Notes under the pieces: model-generated | What the model saw: only the letters and a program-made list of their open reading frames with translations | Told to the model about the DNA's origin: nothing | The model's database searches: none | In this document: piece by piece, positions 51,501 to 61,274 of the stretch | How positions within the stretch are numbered: position 1 is the stretch's first letter | How the letters are laid out: each line of letters opens with the position of its first letter | Made by a program: the position numbers and the translations under genes | From: a virus | Lineage: Duplodnaviria; Heunggongvirae; Uroviricota; Caudoviricetes | DNA length: 64,000 nt | Strand: one strand, 5' to 3' | Virus record (IMG/VR): IMGVR_UViG_3300042561_000621

Positions 51501-53012
51501 AAAAGGCACCAAATGCTTACCCTTTAAATCAATAGCTTTTGATTCCCCTTCACTGGTTAAATAAACATGATCTTCTGTGCAAAATATACTTGATTTATTA
51601 CTTAAAGCAACTTCAAATATCTCTTTAGTTCCAGAACACCATACCTTAGATTTTGTAATATTACCATCTTTATTAATAATATAAGGTTCAGTACCATTTA
51701 ACTCCTCAAAAGTTTTATAACCTTCTGTTGTTAAAAGTTTCATATCTCCACGATGGCAAGGATTGGAGCATAAATCACAGAACCATTGCCAGATATCTTT
51801 AACAGTTACATCTGGTCTATACTTTCTAACTGCTAACCACTTCTTACCAACCATCTTTAAATAGTTAGCAAAGCCCGGATCACCAGCATTAGCAATTACT
51901 TTAAATCTTTCTTTTAACCATTCAACTGATGGTTTATAAGCATCAATAAACTTCCACAATTCTTCTTTAGTAACATCCGGATTAGCTTCTAGAAACTCTC
52001 TTAGTTCAGATAAATGTTTTGTGCCTAATGCCTCAGTATTATTACTTTGAATCCTATAATACTTACCTTTTAACTTAGGATCATCAAATAGATTTACCTT
52101 AGCATTAGCTAATAAATCATCTCCCTCTTCAAAGAGACAAAGCAATGCAGATCTCCTAGTATTACCAGCAACAACACCTTTAGCAATAGCACAACAAATA
52201 TCTAAGCAATCAATACTTCTAAGCTTGTCAGAAGGACATTGATTAATGATATCAAATACATCCTGTAACAAAGTTTTAAGTGCTTCATGACCACTAGCAG
52301 TACCACCAAAGCCATTAATTCTTTCACCTAAAGGTCTAACAGAGTTAAAATTAAATACAATCTTTTTACAATCATCATGTGCAAAAGCTGCATTTAATAG
52401 ATACAATAAAGCATCAATCCAACCTTTTCTGCTATCTCCTACTTCAATATAAGTCTTTTCACATAAATAACGAGTATGTTCTATAGGAACATAATATGTT
52501 TTAGCAGTTGTATCTTCTAGTCTATCTTTTTTATCTTTTGCCTTATATTCTTCAAACTCAATATCAAATTTATTAATATTTGGTAGTTTATTAATATCAC
52601 TACTAAATACTCTAAAGCCAACACCTGTACCAAGCATTAACAATTCAAATACAGTAGTAAAAGCTTCTATTCTATTAATAGCTAAAGCTGAGCAATTGAA
52701 TGAAGATGCAGGGTGTTTCTTATTAGCTTCAGTGCCAGCAATCCACATAGATCTACCAGAGGGTAATGCTAATAACTTATTCATATGATCTAACATGATA
52801 GATCTTTCTAAGTTATATTCTTCATCTGTAATAATATCTTTTACTAAATCTAGATTAGCATCAACAACTCTTGTATTTCTTTCAACAAATGTCTCTCTTC
52901 TTTTCTTGTTAGGCAGCCATCTTCTATAAGTTCTAATATCAACCACAGAACCAACAGGACCAAAATCAGGTTTAATATCTTCTTCCTTTTTAACCAATTC
53001 AAATTCAAACAT
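48576..53012 (-). CDS. nrdJ: Class II (adenosylcobalamin-dependent) ribonucleotide reductase with two inteins
   Basis: RTYRR, PSGR, FNCS, GTGVG, GNTRRSA, NP|CFEI, KPEG|TGS, C-terminal CSTSACPIR. About 793 aa after intein removal. Confidence 0.93.
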   Translation of the reverse strand: MFEFELVKKEEDIKPDFGPVGSVVDIRTYRRWLPNKKRRETFVERNTRVVDANLDLVKDIITDEEYNLERSIMLDHMNKLLALPSGRSMWIAGTEANKKHPASSFNCSALAINRIEAFTTVFELLMLGTGVGFRVFSSDINKLPNINKFDIEFEEYKAKDKKDRLEDTTAKTYYVPIEHTRYLCEKTYIEVGDSRKGWIDALLYLLNAAFAHDDCKKIVFNFNSVRPLGERINGFGGTASGHEALKTLLQDVFDIINQCPSDKLRSIDCLDICCAIAKGVVAGNTRRSALLCLFEEGDDLLANAKVNLFDDPKLKGKYYRIQSNNTEALGTKHLSELREFLEANPDVTKEELWKFIDAYKPSVEWLKERFKVIANAGDPGFANYLKMVGKKWLAVRKYRPDVTVKDIWQWFCDLCSNPCHRGDMKLLTTEGYKTFEELNGTEPYIINKDGNITKSKVWCSGTKEIFEVALSNKSSIFCTEDHVYLTSEGESKAIDLKGKHLVPFLKKPINHSLELVLLGFTLGDGNLTIPSKSRGELLNIGSKDLDIFTLIKEAGYSYDKSFTNSTCGYYVNELDKLVEEYKINRVVSPERELPNSYYNLNKLDKAAFLCGLYSANGSFTKGHGRVTFKTASKVLAEQLLSTLKEDFHLSSVYITTNKSKAVEFSNGIYQCKESYDVNIARYKDKLEFFNTINFYHTYKTEMLFEHLTNQSPFVTSVKSVGYDKVYDFTEPETNWGVVEGFISHNCFEIVLSVGYMFGLGVGFCNLTTLPINKFVIKKCNNNDMCAITGYKLDEAALEQAIRLTVRMGTRQTFVTMPRSELDDTQKAERLLGVSITGWIQLFAKLDLSYAEQEQLMKQINGWANNEADIYSAKLRVERPLMVCCVKPEGCLEINHLRTTTEGLLRVDEIGDVSKLGFNSIVTNNKTTSGYSINKVYNNGLSQVVEIILNNGRKLTSTLQHPFSVNGLWKNAVNLQIGDVLDIKLDTYNKTTNELLAQCAVKYNHLREEDIVFPISTSNNLAWWVSTIFANGSINSGTISLCSGYIEVVQKFIDITKELFNITCIAKKDNTKDMYRTTISSSDLINFLTINGLLKTKDFSIPLIIRRSSKDCILSFICGYLDNDGCFKNDGCTITTKNETFARMFQEVTEAVGLSFSCYKYTRETTKGSGTYCDLQLSRSYSTKEAIDFINTHSIKANINNPIVISDRIHKNPYKVKSVIILDDLINTYDIEVSDPHWYYQGGIKSHNTGSKVLGSSSGVHWDWAPYYINRIQMGANDALAKTLKQQGFSWIPTPYDLSKIYPTVDIWQAIELFRQSSLEEKEVAFNSSNAVLFEFPINSGMVESQGSVSASRQLQNVLRFSDKYVDHMVSSTITAKEDEWDSLAEELHAEKNWSRFTNAAFLSYYSGNHPLFPNDQITEDEYNNMMASFKDSDWVKDGRFYVNEELLAKLEQEALGIGVDIDDVDLGSACSTSACPIR
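49272..50345 (-). mobile_element. Intein 2 in NrdJ (358 aa, LAGLIDADG-type)
   Basis: KPEG|CLEINH...TYDIEV...SHN|TGS, with internal FICGYLDNDG. Confidence 0.9.
50778..51758 (-). mobile_element. Intein 1 in NrdJ (327 aa, LAGLIDADG-type)
   Basis: NP|CHRGDMKLLT...VYDF...SHN|CFE, with internal LGFTLGDG and LCGLYSANG motifs. Confidence 0.9.
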
Positions 53013-53076
53013 AGATAATAGTAATAATAATTTGTAGTATACTTTAGCCTTAAATTATCAACTTAAGTTTAAACAA

Positions 53077-53117
53077 AATAACATATTACTTATAACTAAA
53101 CTAAGTAATATGTTATT
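53077..53117. repeat. 16-bp inverted repeat upstream of nrdJ
   Basis: aataacatattactta / taagtaatatgttatt with a 9-nt loop. Confidence 0.8.
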
Positions 53118-53139
53118 AAATTATTAGACTACAAATTAA

Positions 53140-53532
53140 TTATTTGGCACTTTTCTTTTTAAGTACTACTTCCTTTTTACTAGTAGGAACAATATCATTA
53201 CCAAATTCATCAGCTTTTTTCTTAGATTCATAGTTAGGAATAGAGCCTTCTTCATATGGTACAAGTGTTATAACTCTATTCCATTCTCTATTAGTAATGG
53301 CTTTTACAACTTGAGGATTACCTCTACTAGCCTTTAAAGCACCAGCACCAACACCTTTAATTCTAATCTTAGTAGCACTAATCTTAGTAACCTTAAAGCC
53401 TTCTGGTACATCAAATGATGCATCTACAATAGCTTTATTAAACTTTAAAGAGTTTAAATGAGCATTAGCAATTCTAGTTTTATCACTAGGAGCTCTTTTT
53501 CCACTGTTCTTACCTTTTACTGGTTTAGCCAT
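53140..53532 (-). CDS. Highly basic small protein, probably nucleic-acid binding
   Basis: Lys-rich termini, AAGGA RBS. Confidence 0.6.
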   Translation of the reverse strand: MAKPVKGKNSGKRAPSDKTRIANAHLNSLKFNKAIVDASFDVPEGFKVTKISATKIRIKGVGAGALKASRGNPQVVKAITNREWNRVITLVPYEEGSIPNYESKKKADEFGNDIVPTSKKEVVLKKKSAK

Positions 53533-53757
53533 GATGTTATATCCTTATTATTTATTAATGTAATTTACAAATGTTTTTTCATCAAACTTTTAATTGAACT
53601 GTGGTAAAACTTGTACTAAAAAGTTAGTGACTATTGTTTTATCATAGTCATTATTCAAACTTCTTACAGCGTTAGCAATAGCTATAAAGTGTTTTTTTGT
53701 CATCTTATTATTTATGTAACATATTGGACCTCTTAACAACACAGATTAAAATTAGAC

Positions 53758-54255
53758 CTAAACTTTATGAATCTTAGCATAATAGCAAGCTATAGTGTAT
53801 GCGTCACTAATACCATCATTCTTAGGATTAATATCTTTAGCAAACACCATAGATTTTCTTTTAGTAGGTTTTAATTTAATAGGTTCACCAGGGTCAATAA
53901 TGTCAGTTAACATGCTTGCTTGCCAAATCTTAGGCAATACTTGTTCTACCACAAATTCCAAAGAATCTAAGATACCTAAAAGATATCCGAAATTAGACAA
54001 TGTAGTTTGTGCTGACTTAGTGCCATCTTTACCTCTCATTATAACTTGAGTTTCAATAATAACTTTATTAGTTAATAAAGACCATTCTTGCAACTTATTG
54101 TATATGTTTTTACCATGAAGCCAAGTTTTTTTATCCTTCTTATAAGTTGGAGTATTAAGCACTTCTACTACTTTACTTGTAGTGATGTTATATAAACACA
54201 TAGCGCCTTGCAAACCTGGATCTAAGCTAATCACATATTTATCTTTACTTTGCAT
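53758..54255 (-). CDS. RuvC-like Holliday junction resolvase
   Basis: ISLDPG, IIETQ, P..WQ, DGISDAYTIA. Confidence 0.8.
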   Translation of the reverse strand: MQSKDKYVISLDPGLQGAMCLYNITTSKVVEVLNTPTYKKDKKTWLHGKNIYNKLQEWSLLTNKVIIETQVIMRGKDGTKSAQTTLSNFGYLLGILDSLEFVVEQVLPKIWQASMLTDIIDPGEPIKLKPTKRKSMVFAKDINPKNDGISDAYTIACYYAKIHKV

Positions 54256-54257
54256 AT

Positions 54258-54294
54258 ATGTATACTCTTTATATTGATATTAAAGAGTATACAT
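54258..54294. promoter_or_regulatory. 14-bp hairpin immediately upstream of the resolvase start codon
   Basis: atgtatactcttta / taaagagtatacat. Confidence 0.6.
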
Positions 54295-54324
54295 TAATAC
54301 TGTAAATAATAATAAATTTATATT

Positions 54325-54693
54325 TTATTTATAATCATTTAAAAATGTTTTTCTAGCTAATATATAAAGATTAAAATCTTTTATATTATTTACTCTTACA
54401 TTATTAAATGCTGCTTCTTTTAAAAAACTAATATTAAATTCCTCATTTATAAAAAAATAACAATCATTAAGTATACAACTATATACTTTTAATTTATTAA
54501 TATTTTTATCTAAGTCTTGTTCTATTAAATCTAATATATGTAAATCAAAATTTATTAAATCATTTATAATAGAAAGCCAATCATTATTATCTTCTTTATT
54601 ATAATTACATAAATAACCAATAACAGTATTAATTTCAGGAGTTCTAATTTGCAAAGTTAAATATGTAATTAGTTTTTTAATATATATATTCAT
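54325..54693 (-). CDS. Hypothetical protein
   Basis: Coupled ORF. Confidence 0.5.
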   Translation of the reverse strand: MNIYIKKLITYLTLQIRTPEINTVIGYLCNYNKEDNNDWLSIINDLINFDLHILDLIEQDLDKNINKLKVYSCILNDCYFFINEEFNISFLKEAAFNNVRVNNIKDFNLYILARKTFLNDYK

Positions 54694-54694
54694 A

Positions 54695-55399
54695 TTAATG
54701 TTCTTTTAAATTATAATTATTAGCCATCCAAAGAGGACATTGTTTAAGTTTATTTTTTAAATAAGCATTAATTAAAACTACTTTAGTTCTTTCTTTTAAC
54801 AAACATCTAGGCATAAGACCTAACTTTGATACTTCTTGAATTGTAAAATTAGGAACACCATATAAAAATGAATCTAATAATTGTTTTTCTAATCTAAGAA
54901 GTAATGCCCAAAAATAAACAAAAATCATATAAGGATGTGTATTTTTATCTAATATATCTACTTGACTATATAAATCTTTAACAATATGTTCATTTCTAGA
55001 ACTAAAGTAATAATAATTAGAACCTTCTTTTGATAAAGTTCTTTTTATTCTATTAAATCTTTTAAATGTTACTTCCCACATATTTCCATAAAAAGAAACT
55101 TCATCATCAAATACTAAATCAACACAACTAGTAACTAATAATTCTTTATCAATTATCATATTCATAATGACTAAATAATGTGGATATAGTCTATGTAAAA
55201 ATTCATATCGACAGTATTTTAAAAGAGTCATTAAATCGGGATATAATAACTCAGTAATTAATTCTTTAACTACTTCATCATTTTTAATAGATACTCCAAT
55301 AATTATAAAAGGAATGTATAAAGAATCCCCATTACCCGATTGAACTGCTACACAGTTAATAATATTATTATTTAATAACTCCTTATTATCTTCTATCAC
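54695..55399 (-). CDS. Hypothetical protein
   Basis: 234-aa coupled ORF. Confidence 0.55.
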   Translation of the reverse strand: MIEDNKELLNNNIINCVAVQSGNGDSLYIPFIIIGVSIKNDEVVKELITELLYPDLMTLLKYCRYEFLHRLYPHYLVIMNMIIDKELLVTSCVDLVFDDEVSFYGNMWEVTFKRFNRIKRTLSKEGSNYYYFSSRNEHIVKDLYSQVDILDKNTHPYMIFVYFWALLLRLEKQLLDSFLYGVPNFTIQEVSKLGLMPRCLLKERTKVVLINAYLKNKLKQCPLWMANNYNLKEH

Positions 55400-56555
55400 T
55401 ATAAAAATCCAATATACTTACAACATAATTATAACTATCTTTACCAATTAAATTATAAAATACTTCTCTATTTTTATTATCATTTGTTACTTCAATTAGT
55501 TTTATTAAACTTATATGTTTACTTCTATCTTCTTTATATAAATTTATTAAAAAGTCTATAAAAGGTGTCATATTATTCTCTAATAATTCCTTACTAATTA
55601 AATTTTTACAAAGTAAATCATTAATATCTTTAGCCTCTAAAGGTAAATATATATAATATTTAGTAGTAGGATTAAGTAAGATTAAATCAATAATTTGAGG
55701 TATTAGTTGTTTGTAAGATTTATAGTTATTAAATTCATCTTTATCACTATCAAAACAAAAACATATTTGTTTAAAAGGAGATAGTTTATTACTATAGTTT
55801 AATAATCCTTGTACTCCTAATATACCAACAGCTTGTAATCCTAATTGATATAAAGATATAGTATCAACAAATCCTTCTGATATACATAATAATTTATTAG
55901 TATTATATAAATCTATAAATTGTTCTAATATTAAAGTATTTATACTAACTTCTAAGTTTTTATATCTTGGTATTAATTGATTAAAAGGTCCAATATATCT
56001 ACCTACAAAAGAGGTTATATAACCATTATTTGATATAACTGGAAATACAATTCTATCAATAAAAAACTCTTTATTATTTTTAAATAAACCATATTTATTT
56101 AAAAGACTTCTACTAAAATTACTTCTTAGATTTGTACCTGAGGCATAACCAATATTTATCATTTTAATAGTATTTAATGCTAGTCCTCTATTTAATAAAT
56201 ATTGTAAAGAATTTCCTTCTAAATCATTAATATAAGTATTATTAACTTCTTTATAAAAATTATATTTAACTGTGTCAATATTAGTTTTTGTTTTAATATT
56301 AAATCTTTCAGCTAAATCTTTAATAGATTCTTTATAATTATCTTTTGTGCCAAATAACAAATAACTATTAAGACCTATAACATCTGCTTTAAAACCACAA
56401 GAAGCACTAAAACAATATACAAATTCATTATTAATAATAGATGCTTTTTTAACTCTATTACAACAAGGACAGTCTATTGTTTTAGTATATTTAGTAGATA
56501 ATAAATCACTAATCTTTACATTACTTTTAATTTCACTAAGAAGATCCCATGCCAT
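55386..56555 (-). CDS. DnaG-type DNA primase
   Basis: Zn finger CPCC...CFSASCG, YLLNRG, DRIVFP, SFVGR, KYKN-like RYKN, TOPRIM SEGFVD...CFDSD. Confidence 0.88.
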   Translation of the reverse strand: MAWDLLSEIKSNVKISDLLSTKYTKTIDCPCCNRVKKASIINNEFVYCFSASCGFKADVIGLNSYLLFGTKDNYKESIKDLAERFNIKTKTNIDTVKYNFYKEVNNTYINDLEGNSLQYLLNRGLALNTIKMINIGYASGTNLRSNFSRSLLNKYGLFKNNKEFFIDRIVFPVISNNGYITSFVGRYIGPFNQLIPRYKNLEVSINTLILEQFIDLYNTNKLLCISEGFVDTISLYQLGLQAVGILGVQGLLNYSNKLSPFKQICFCFDSDKDEFNNYKSYKQLIPQIIDLILLNPTTKYYIYLPLEAKDINDLLCKNLISKELLENNMTPFIDFLINLYKEDRSKHISLIKLIEVTNDNKNREVFYNLIGKDSYNYVVSILDFYSDRR

Positions 56556-57343
56556 TATTAATAAACCTTAGATACTCTGGATCAATATAACAACAACTAT
56601 CAAAGTCTTTAACATTTCCTATAACTCTAATGTTTTCTACATTTGTATTTCTAGATAAAGCAACATAAGCCATACCTGAACACTTACCCATAAACTTATC
56701 ATTAGTGCCCATACTTACTTGTAACTTCTCAGTTGTAATACCTTGTATACTATGAATAGTACATGCAAATGATAACTTAAGAGGTACATAATTTATGCAT
56801 CCTTCTTCAACATTAGTTTCAGGATTAACTATCTTCTTTTTAATCTTTTTAATAGCAACTGATTTATCATTTCTTAATAGGTTGATAATAATAGTATCTT
56901 TATATAGTTCTTCTACTACAGCCATATCACCATTAGCAACATAATTACCATCTACAGTTGTATGATTAGTAATACATCTAACTAAAGTGCCAACTTTAAG
57001 TATAACTGGATCTAAGAATGAATTCCAAGAACTATCAACTTTACCAGTTTTAGTACCTCTATATTCAAACTCATCATAACCACTAATACTTCTAAGTCTA
57101 GCTAAGTTATATGCTTCTACTTTAGCTTTTGTACTAAACAATGTTAGTCCTAAAAAGTTAGATTGAACTTCATTAACAAAACAATTATTATCAATTAATA
57201 GTTGTTTGATTTTCTGTGTCTTACCAACTCTTAAATCATTTAAAGCTTCTTTAAACTGTAGATTTGTTTGTCTATATATAGTAGTTAAAAACTCAGTTTC
57301 AAACCTATTAATGTATATACTTTTGAAGTATGGTTCAGCATTT
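56536..57343 (-). CDS. PIF1/RecD-like SF1B helicase, exon 2
   Basis: Open frame (A)NAEPYFKS...IYRQ...LRVG...PLKLSFACTIHSIQG...YVALSR. Confidence 0.88.
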
Positions 57344-58522
57344 CAATTATGTTATCGTAAAGGCTTTTTATCCTCTACTTCCAGGAGTTTCCTCCATTAT
57401 ACCTAGTCAATTCTAGGCTGGTTCGGCATATCTTATTACCCAAACTAATTTGGGTAGTCCAGTCTCTTGGAATAATTATATTCTTCTTGGTGTAACACCA
57501 AGAAGGTTCATATTCTATGCTCTGCAAGGTCTTTAGCTTTTTAATTCTAAAGATTCTCTCACGGTTAACATAGCTTGCTCCATTTTTAATCTTTTTCTTT
57601 CTAAACAAATATCAGAATTATTATATAAATAGTTATACAAAGATTTTATATCTTCTACTCTCCAATATCTAAGATTATAAATAGTAGTTGTTCTACTTTT
57701 TACCTTAGAGTAATTTGGACATTCCTGAATAGATCCTAATGCACCGCAGCTAGAATATATTTCTTCATTAAGCTTTTCTATAAAAGACCTAGAAGTACAG
57801 GTGAATTTCATCAATCTATGAATTCCATTTTTCCTGCCTTTATATATTGCTTGCTTTACAGTAATAGAGCCATCTCCATCAAAAAACCCTCTAATAAGAT
57901 GAGGCATAAGACTTGAATCTAGTGATGGGAAATCCATACCATCAATGGACTTGTTAGGTTTTACTCCTAAATTAATCAAATCATGGTACATATCTTCACT
58001 GTTTAAGCTTAAGCCGTATTGAGCTTTTCTATTATTAAGTGGTTCTCTATAATGTATTTTAAGTTGTGATTCAAGATCTTTATAAAGAGAGTAAATTATA
58101 TTAGAATCTTTATCTTGTAAGAATATACTAGTAGTATAGCCACTTCTACATACGCAACCATCTGCAAACAAAAATCCTAAGTAATAAGCCTTTCTTGCTG
58201 TATTTATATTATGAAAATAATTATAATTAAATTTAGGTTTACACAAGAGTTTAGTATTTAAACCCTTTTCTATAAACCATCTTCTAATAGTTTCTTCTGA
58301 GAAGTTTCTACTAGAAGCTATTTCTCTCATAGTTATTCCATTTTTATATAATTCATATAATTCTAATATCTGTTGAAATTCTGGTCTTTTCATGTTGTAT
58401 AAATAAATCAATTACCTATATAACATAGTAAACCTTATTATAGACATAAAGTGAGCAGCCTTAGCCTTCCCTGATATACTGGTCTTTTCTATCACACATT
58501 ACTGTGTGTAGCCACAAATTCT
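57344..58522 (-). mobile_element. Group I intron (IA-like, with P7.1) in the helicase gene
   Basis: P1 CCAU|AG..UUGUGG; P2 CACAC/GUGUG; P3 CCAGU/ACUGG; AUAUCAGGGAA; P7 GCAUA/UAUGC; P7.1 CUUCUUGGUG/CACCAAGAAG; P8 UACCCAAA/UUUGGGUA; P9 stems; 3' end ACAUAAUUG. Splicing restores GDIAQLAPINAEPYF. Confidence 0.9.
57533..58411 (-). CDS. Intron-encoded LAGLIDADG homing endonuclease with N-terminal HTH
   Basis: YYLGFLFADGCV and LIRGFFDGDGS; N-terminal ITMREIA...SEETIRRW. Confidence 0.9.
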   Translation of the reverse strand: MIYLYNMKRPEFQQILELYELYKNGITMREIASSRNFSEETIRRWFIEKGLNTKLLCKPKFNYNYFHNINTARKAYYLGFLFADGCVCRSGYTTSIFLQDKDSNIIYSLYKDLESQLKIHYREPLNNRKAQYGLSLNSEDMYHDLINLGVKPNKSIDGMDFPSLDSSLMPHLIRGFFDGDGSITVKQAIYKGRKNGIHRLMKFTCTSRSFIEKLNEEIYSSCGALGSIQECPNYSKVKSRTTTIYNLRYWRVEDIKSLYNYLYNNSDICLERKRLKMEQAMLTVRESLELKS

Positions 58523-58908
58523 ATGGGAGCCAACTGTGCAATATCACCTGTTAGATATAACTCTAACTCTTTACCAATCATCCCACCAAACACATCTAAT
58601 GATTTAATCAATGCATCAATATAATCTCTAGCTAACATTGGAGCTTCATCTATTGCAATACCATTATAATCTTGAAAGATGTTGCTATAAGTCTTAAACA
58701 ACTTACCACTTACAATACTTTTAACAATATCAGCACCTGTTAAAGCTCTTAATAGAGAATGTATAGTAGTTGCTGATTCACTTAAGTTAACACTTGCAAT
58801 GCCAGTACTAGCAGTTAAAAACAACTTGTTAGTATCAACCTCTTCTCTTAACTTAAAACTTTTACCTACTCCACTAGCCCCAGCCACCATCTTTATCTTT
58901 GTTAGCAC
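58523..58908 (-). CDS. PIF1/RecD-like SF1B helicase, exon 1
   Basis: Walker A GASGVGKS, TGIAS, TIHS, IDEAPML, GDIAQLAP. The spliced product is 397 aa. Confidence 0.88.
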
Positions 58909-58923
58909 TTTATTTCTCTTAAA

Positions 58924-60120
58924 CTAATTAATAAACACATTCTCTTCACCATATATACTGTTATATGTATTAAGTCTAGTTTTAGATTGACCTGCTGGCC
59001 AACCAATAGGATCAATAAAGTCTATTACTTCACCATAACTCTTAGTAAAACTCTTTCTAAGTACTCTACCAACCCTTTGTAATAACAATGTTGCAGATGA
59101 GTTAGCAGCAGCTAATACAACTACTTCTAAACCAGGTAAATCAGTACCTTCTGTTAATATGTTTGGCCCTGCTATTAATACACAATTAGGTTTATTAATA
59201 TTAGTTAAACCTTTAACATCACCACCTTTAATAATGTGTACTTCCTTGTTACCACAATAAGTTAATTCTATTAATTCTTTAAGAATAACAGCATGATTAT
59301 TCTCTGTAGTATTAACCTTATTAACAATAATTACAGTTGGTTTATTAGGTTGTATTAACTTAACTATTAAATCATTTCTACCTTTATTGTTAATAATTAA
59401 ACTATCAATTTGTTTGTTATATGCAAAGTGGGAAAAGGTACAATTAATAAAGTTTGGATTACAATAAGCAACAGGACTTTTATATAAGTTAATTCTTGGT
59501 AATGATATACATCCTAATTGTATTGCTTCCTTCTCTGTTAACTCATACAATAAAGGGCCATATAACTTATCTATTAAACTATTAACAGTGTAATCATCTG
59601 TATAGGGAGTAGCTGATAAAGCAGTAATACATTTAACATTAACAAGTTTATTATATAACTCAATACCACTTTGATTGATATACTTATGACTCTCATCATA
59701 TATAACATAGTCAATAACATCTAAGTTATCAATTTTATTTAAACTACCAACTAAACCAACAGTTATATTAGCCCAAATAGGTGTTTTATTACCATCACCA
59801 ATACTATCAATAGTTATACTTGTATCTTTTAAATATTCTTTTAAAACATTAGTAATTTGATGTAATAAATCAATCTTAGCAGCTACAACAAGTATATGTT
59901 TTACATTAATCTTTCTACATAACTCAGCTATAATCCAAGTCTTACCAGTACCTGTAGCAAGCTTTAAAACACCACTACCATTAGTTAATACTTGTGCTAT
60001 AGCTTCCATTTGATGTTGATATAAACCACTTGTCCAACCTTTAATAAAAGGTAAAGGGACTGTTTTATTAGTCCCTTTAAAACAAGTATTAGAAGTGTCT
60101 AGTAATTTATCCTTTAACAT
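58924..60120 (-). CDS. SF2 DExH helicase (UvsW-like)
   Basis: ATGTGKT, DESH, SATP, EGTDLP, QRVGRVLR. Confidence 0.9.
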   Translation of the reverse strand: MLKDKLLDTSNTCFKGTNKTVPLPFIKGWTSGLYQHQMEAIAQVLTNGSGVLKLATGTGKTWIIAELCRKINVKHILVVAAKIDLLHQITNVLKEYLKDTSITIDSIGDGNKTPIWANITVGLVGSLNKIDNLDVIDYVIYDESHKYINQSGIELYNKLVNVKCITALSATPYTDDYTVNSLIDKLYGPLLYELTEKEAIQLGCISLPRINLYKSPVAYCNPNFINCTFSHFAYNKQIDSLIINNKGRNDLIVKLIQPNKPTVIIVNKVNTTENNHAVILKELIELTYCGNKEVHIIKGGDVKGLTNINKPNCVLIAGPNILTEGTDLPGLEVVVLAAANSSATLLLQRVGRVLRKSFTKSYGEVIDFIDPIGWPAGQSKTRLNTYNSIYGEENVFIN

Positions 60121-60131
60121 TAATTATTAGT

Positions 60132-61274
60132 TTAAAAACCTGATAAGTTAGTAGCTTTAGTAATCTCTTCTTGTTGTTGTTGAATAACTTCAGCAGAAGG
60201 AGGAACATAATTACCTCTAAGTTCAGTTGTAAACTTATTAAAAGGGACTTTAGTTTCTACAAACTCAGGTTTATTTTCTTTCCAATGTTGTACAATAGGT
60301 GCCAATTCAGAACTAACATAACCACCATCTGATAGAAATGATAGATTAGCAACTGGATCATTAGGAATAATATCAATTACTAGTTTCCATTGAATGATAT
60401 TAAAGAAATTAGAACTAGCTTTTCTTACCTTTTCAAAGAATGAACCAAATCCATCAATAGGTTCAATACCCTTATCTTTATCACCAAATGAACCAGCAAT
60501 ATAACTACCACTTAGATTCATATAAGCTGGTAGAAACTCATGTTTGATTGGTGTAGTTTTACCATTAGCAAGATCCCAACTAGAAGCAAAATGAATATCA
60601 CTAACAGGAGTATATACAGTGGTTTTAGTCTTCTTATTAAGCACACCTAGATGAGTAATATAAAGTACTAATACACCCTTCTCTTTACATCTATCCTTAG
60701 TATCTGATGCATTTACATTACATCCTTGTTTAATACAATCAGCACATAACATACCCTTACTACCAACAGCATTAGTTTTAATTAATGCTTCACTTGGCAC
60801 CTTATAACCATTAGTAGAACCCTTACTATATTGCCATTTAACAGGAATAATAACTGGTTCATTAGTTACATAATCACCCTCCTTTTGACCAATAACTTTA
60901 CAGTGAGATGTAAACTTCTCATCTTTAAACTCAGACCATTCATGTGCATCATTATACTCAACAGCATAAGCTTTAATAGATGTTGGAATGATTTCTCTAT
61001 CTAACTCTACATCAGAGAAGGGAGTAAGAATATTCTTACCAGCCTTTTCTTCTTCTGGAGTACTAGCTTTACTATAAGGCATATAAAAAGTATAAATACC
61101 CTTCTTAGCATAATCACCAATCTTATAAAAGTCTTTTGGTACTACATTATAAGGAGTAATGCCAGCATAGTCTTTATTATTACTACTTGAATATTCAGTC
61201 TTATTAGAAGTGTCAAGGATGCCTAATTCAGCCATCAACTTCATTGATTCTTCTACTTGTGTCAGATCAGCCAT
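60132..61274 (-). CDS. Possible ssDNA-binding or recombination protein with a Zn motif
   Basis: CADC...C..C motif; located within the replication module. Confidence 0.35.
   Translation of the reverse strand: MADLTQVEESMKLMAELGILDTSNKTEYSSSNNKDYAGITPYNVVPKDFYKIGDYAKKGIYTFYMPYSKASTPEEEKAGKNILTPFSDVELDREIIPTSIKAYAVEYNDAHEWSEFKDEKFTSHCKVIGQKEGDYVTNEPVIIPVKWQYSKGSTNGYKVPSEALIKTNAVGSKGMLCADCIKQGCNVNASDTKDRCKEKGVLVLYITHLGVLNKKTKTTVYTPVSDIHFASSWDLANGKTTPIKHEFLPAYMNLSGSYIAGSFGDKDKGIEPIDGFGSFFEKVRKASSNFFNIIQWKLVIDIIPNDPVANLSFLSDGGYVSSELAPIVQHWKENKPEFVETKVPFNKFTTELRGNYVPPSAEVIQQQQEEITKATNLSGF

Noticed and set aside
57375-57608. 77-aa ORF from the track
   Set aside because: It coincides with the ribozyme core (P7-P9) of the group I intron.
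58492-58522. C-terminal EFVATHSNV of the 138-aa ORF
   Set aside because: This is read-through into intron P1/P2, not part of the spliced helicase.
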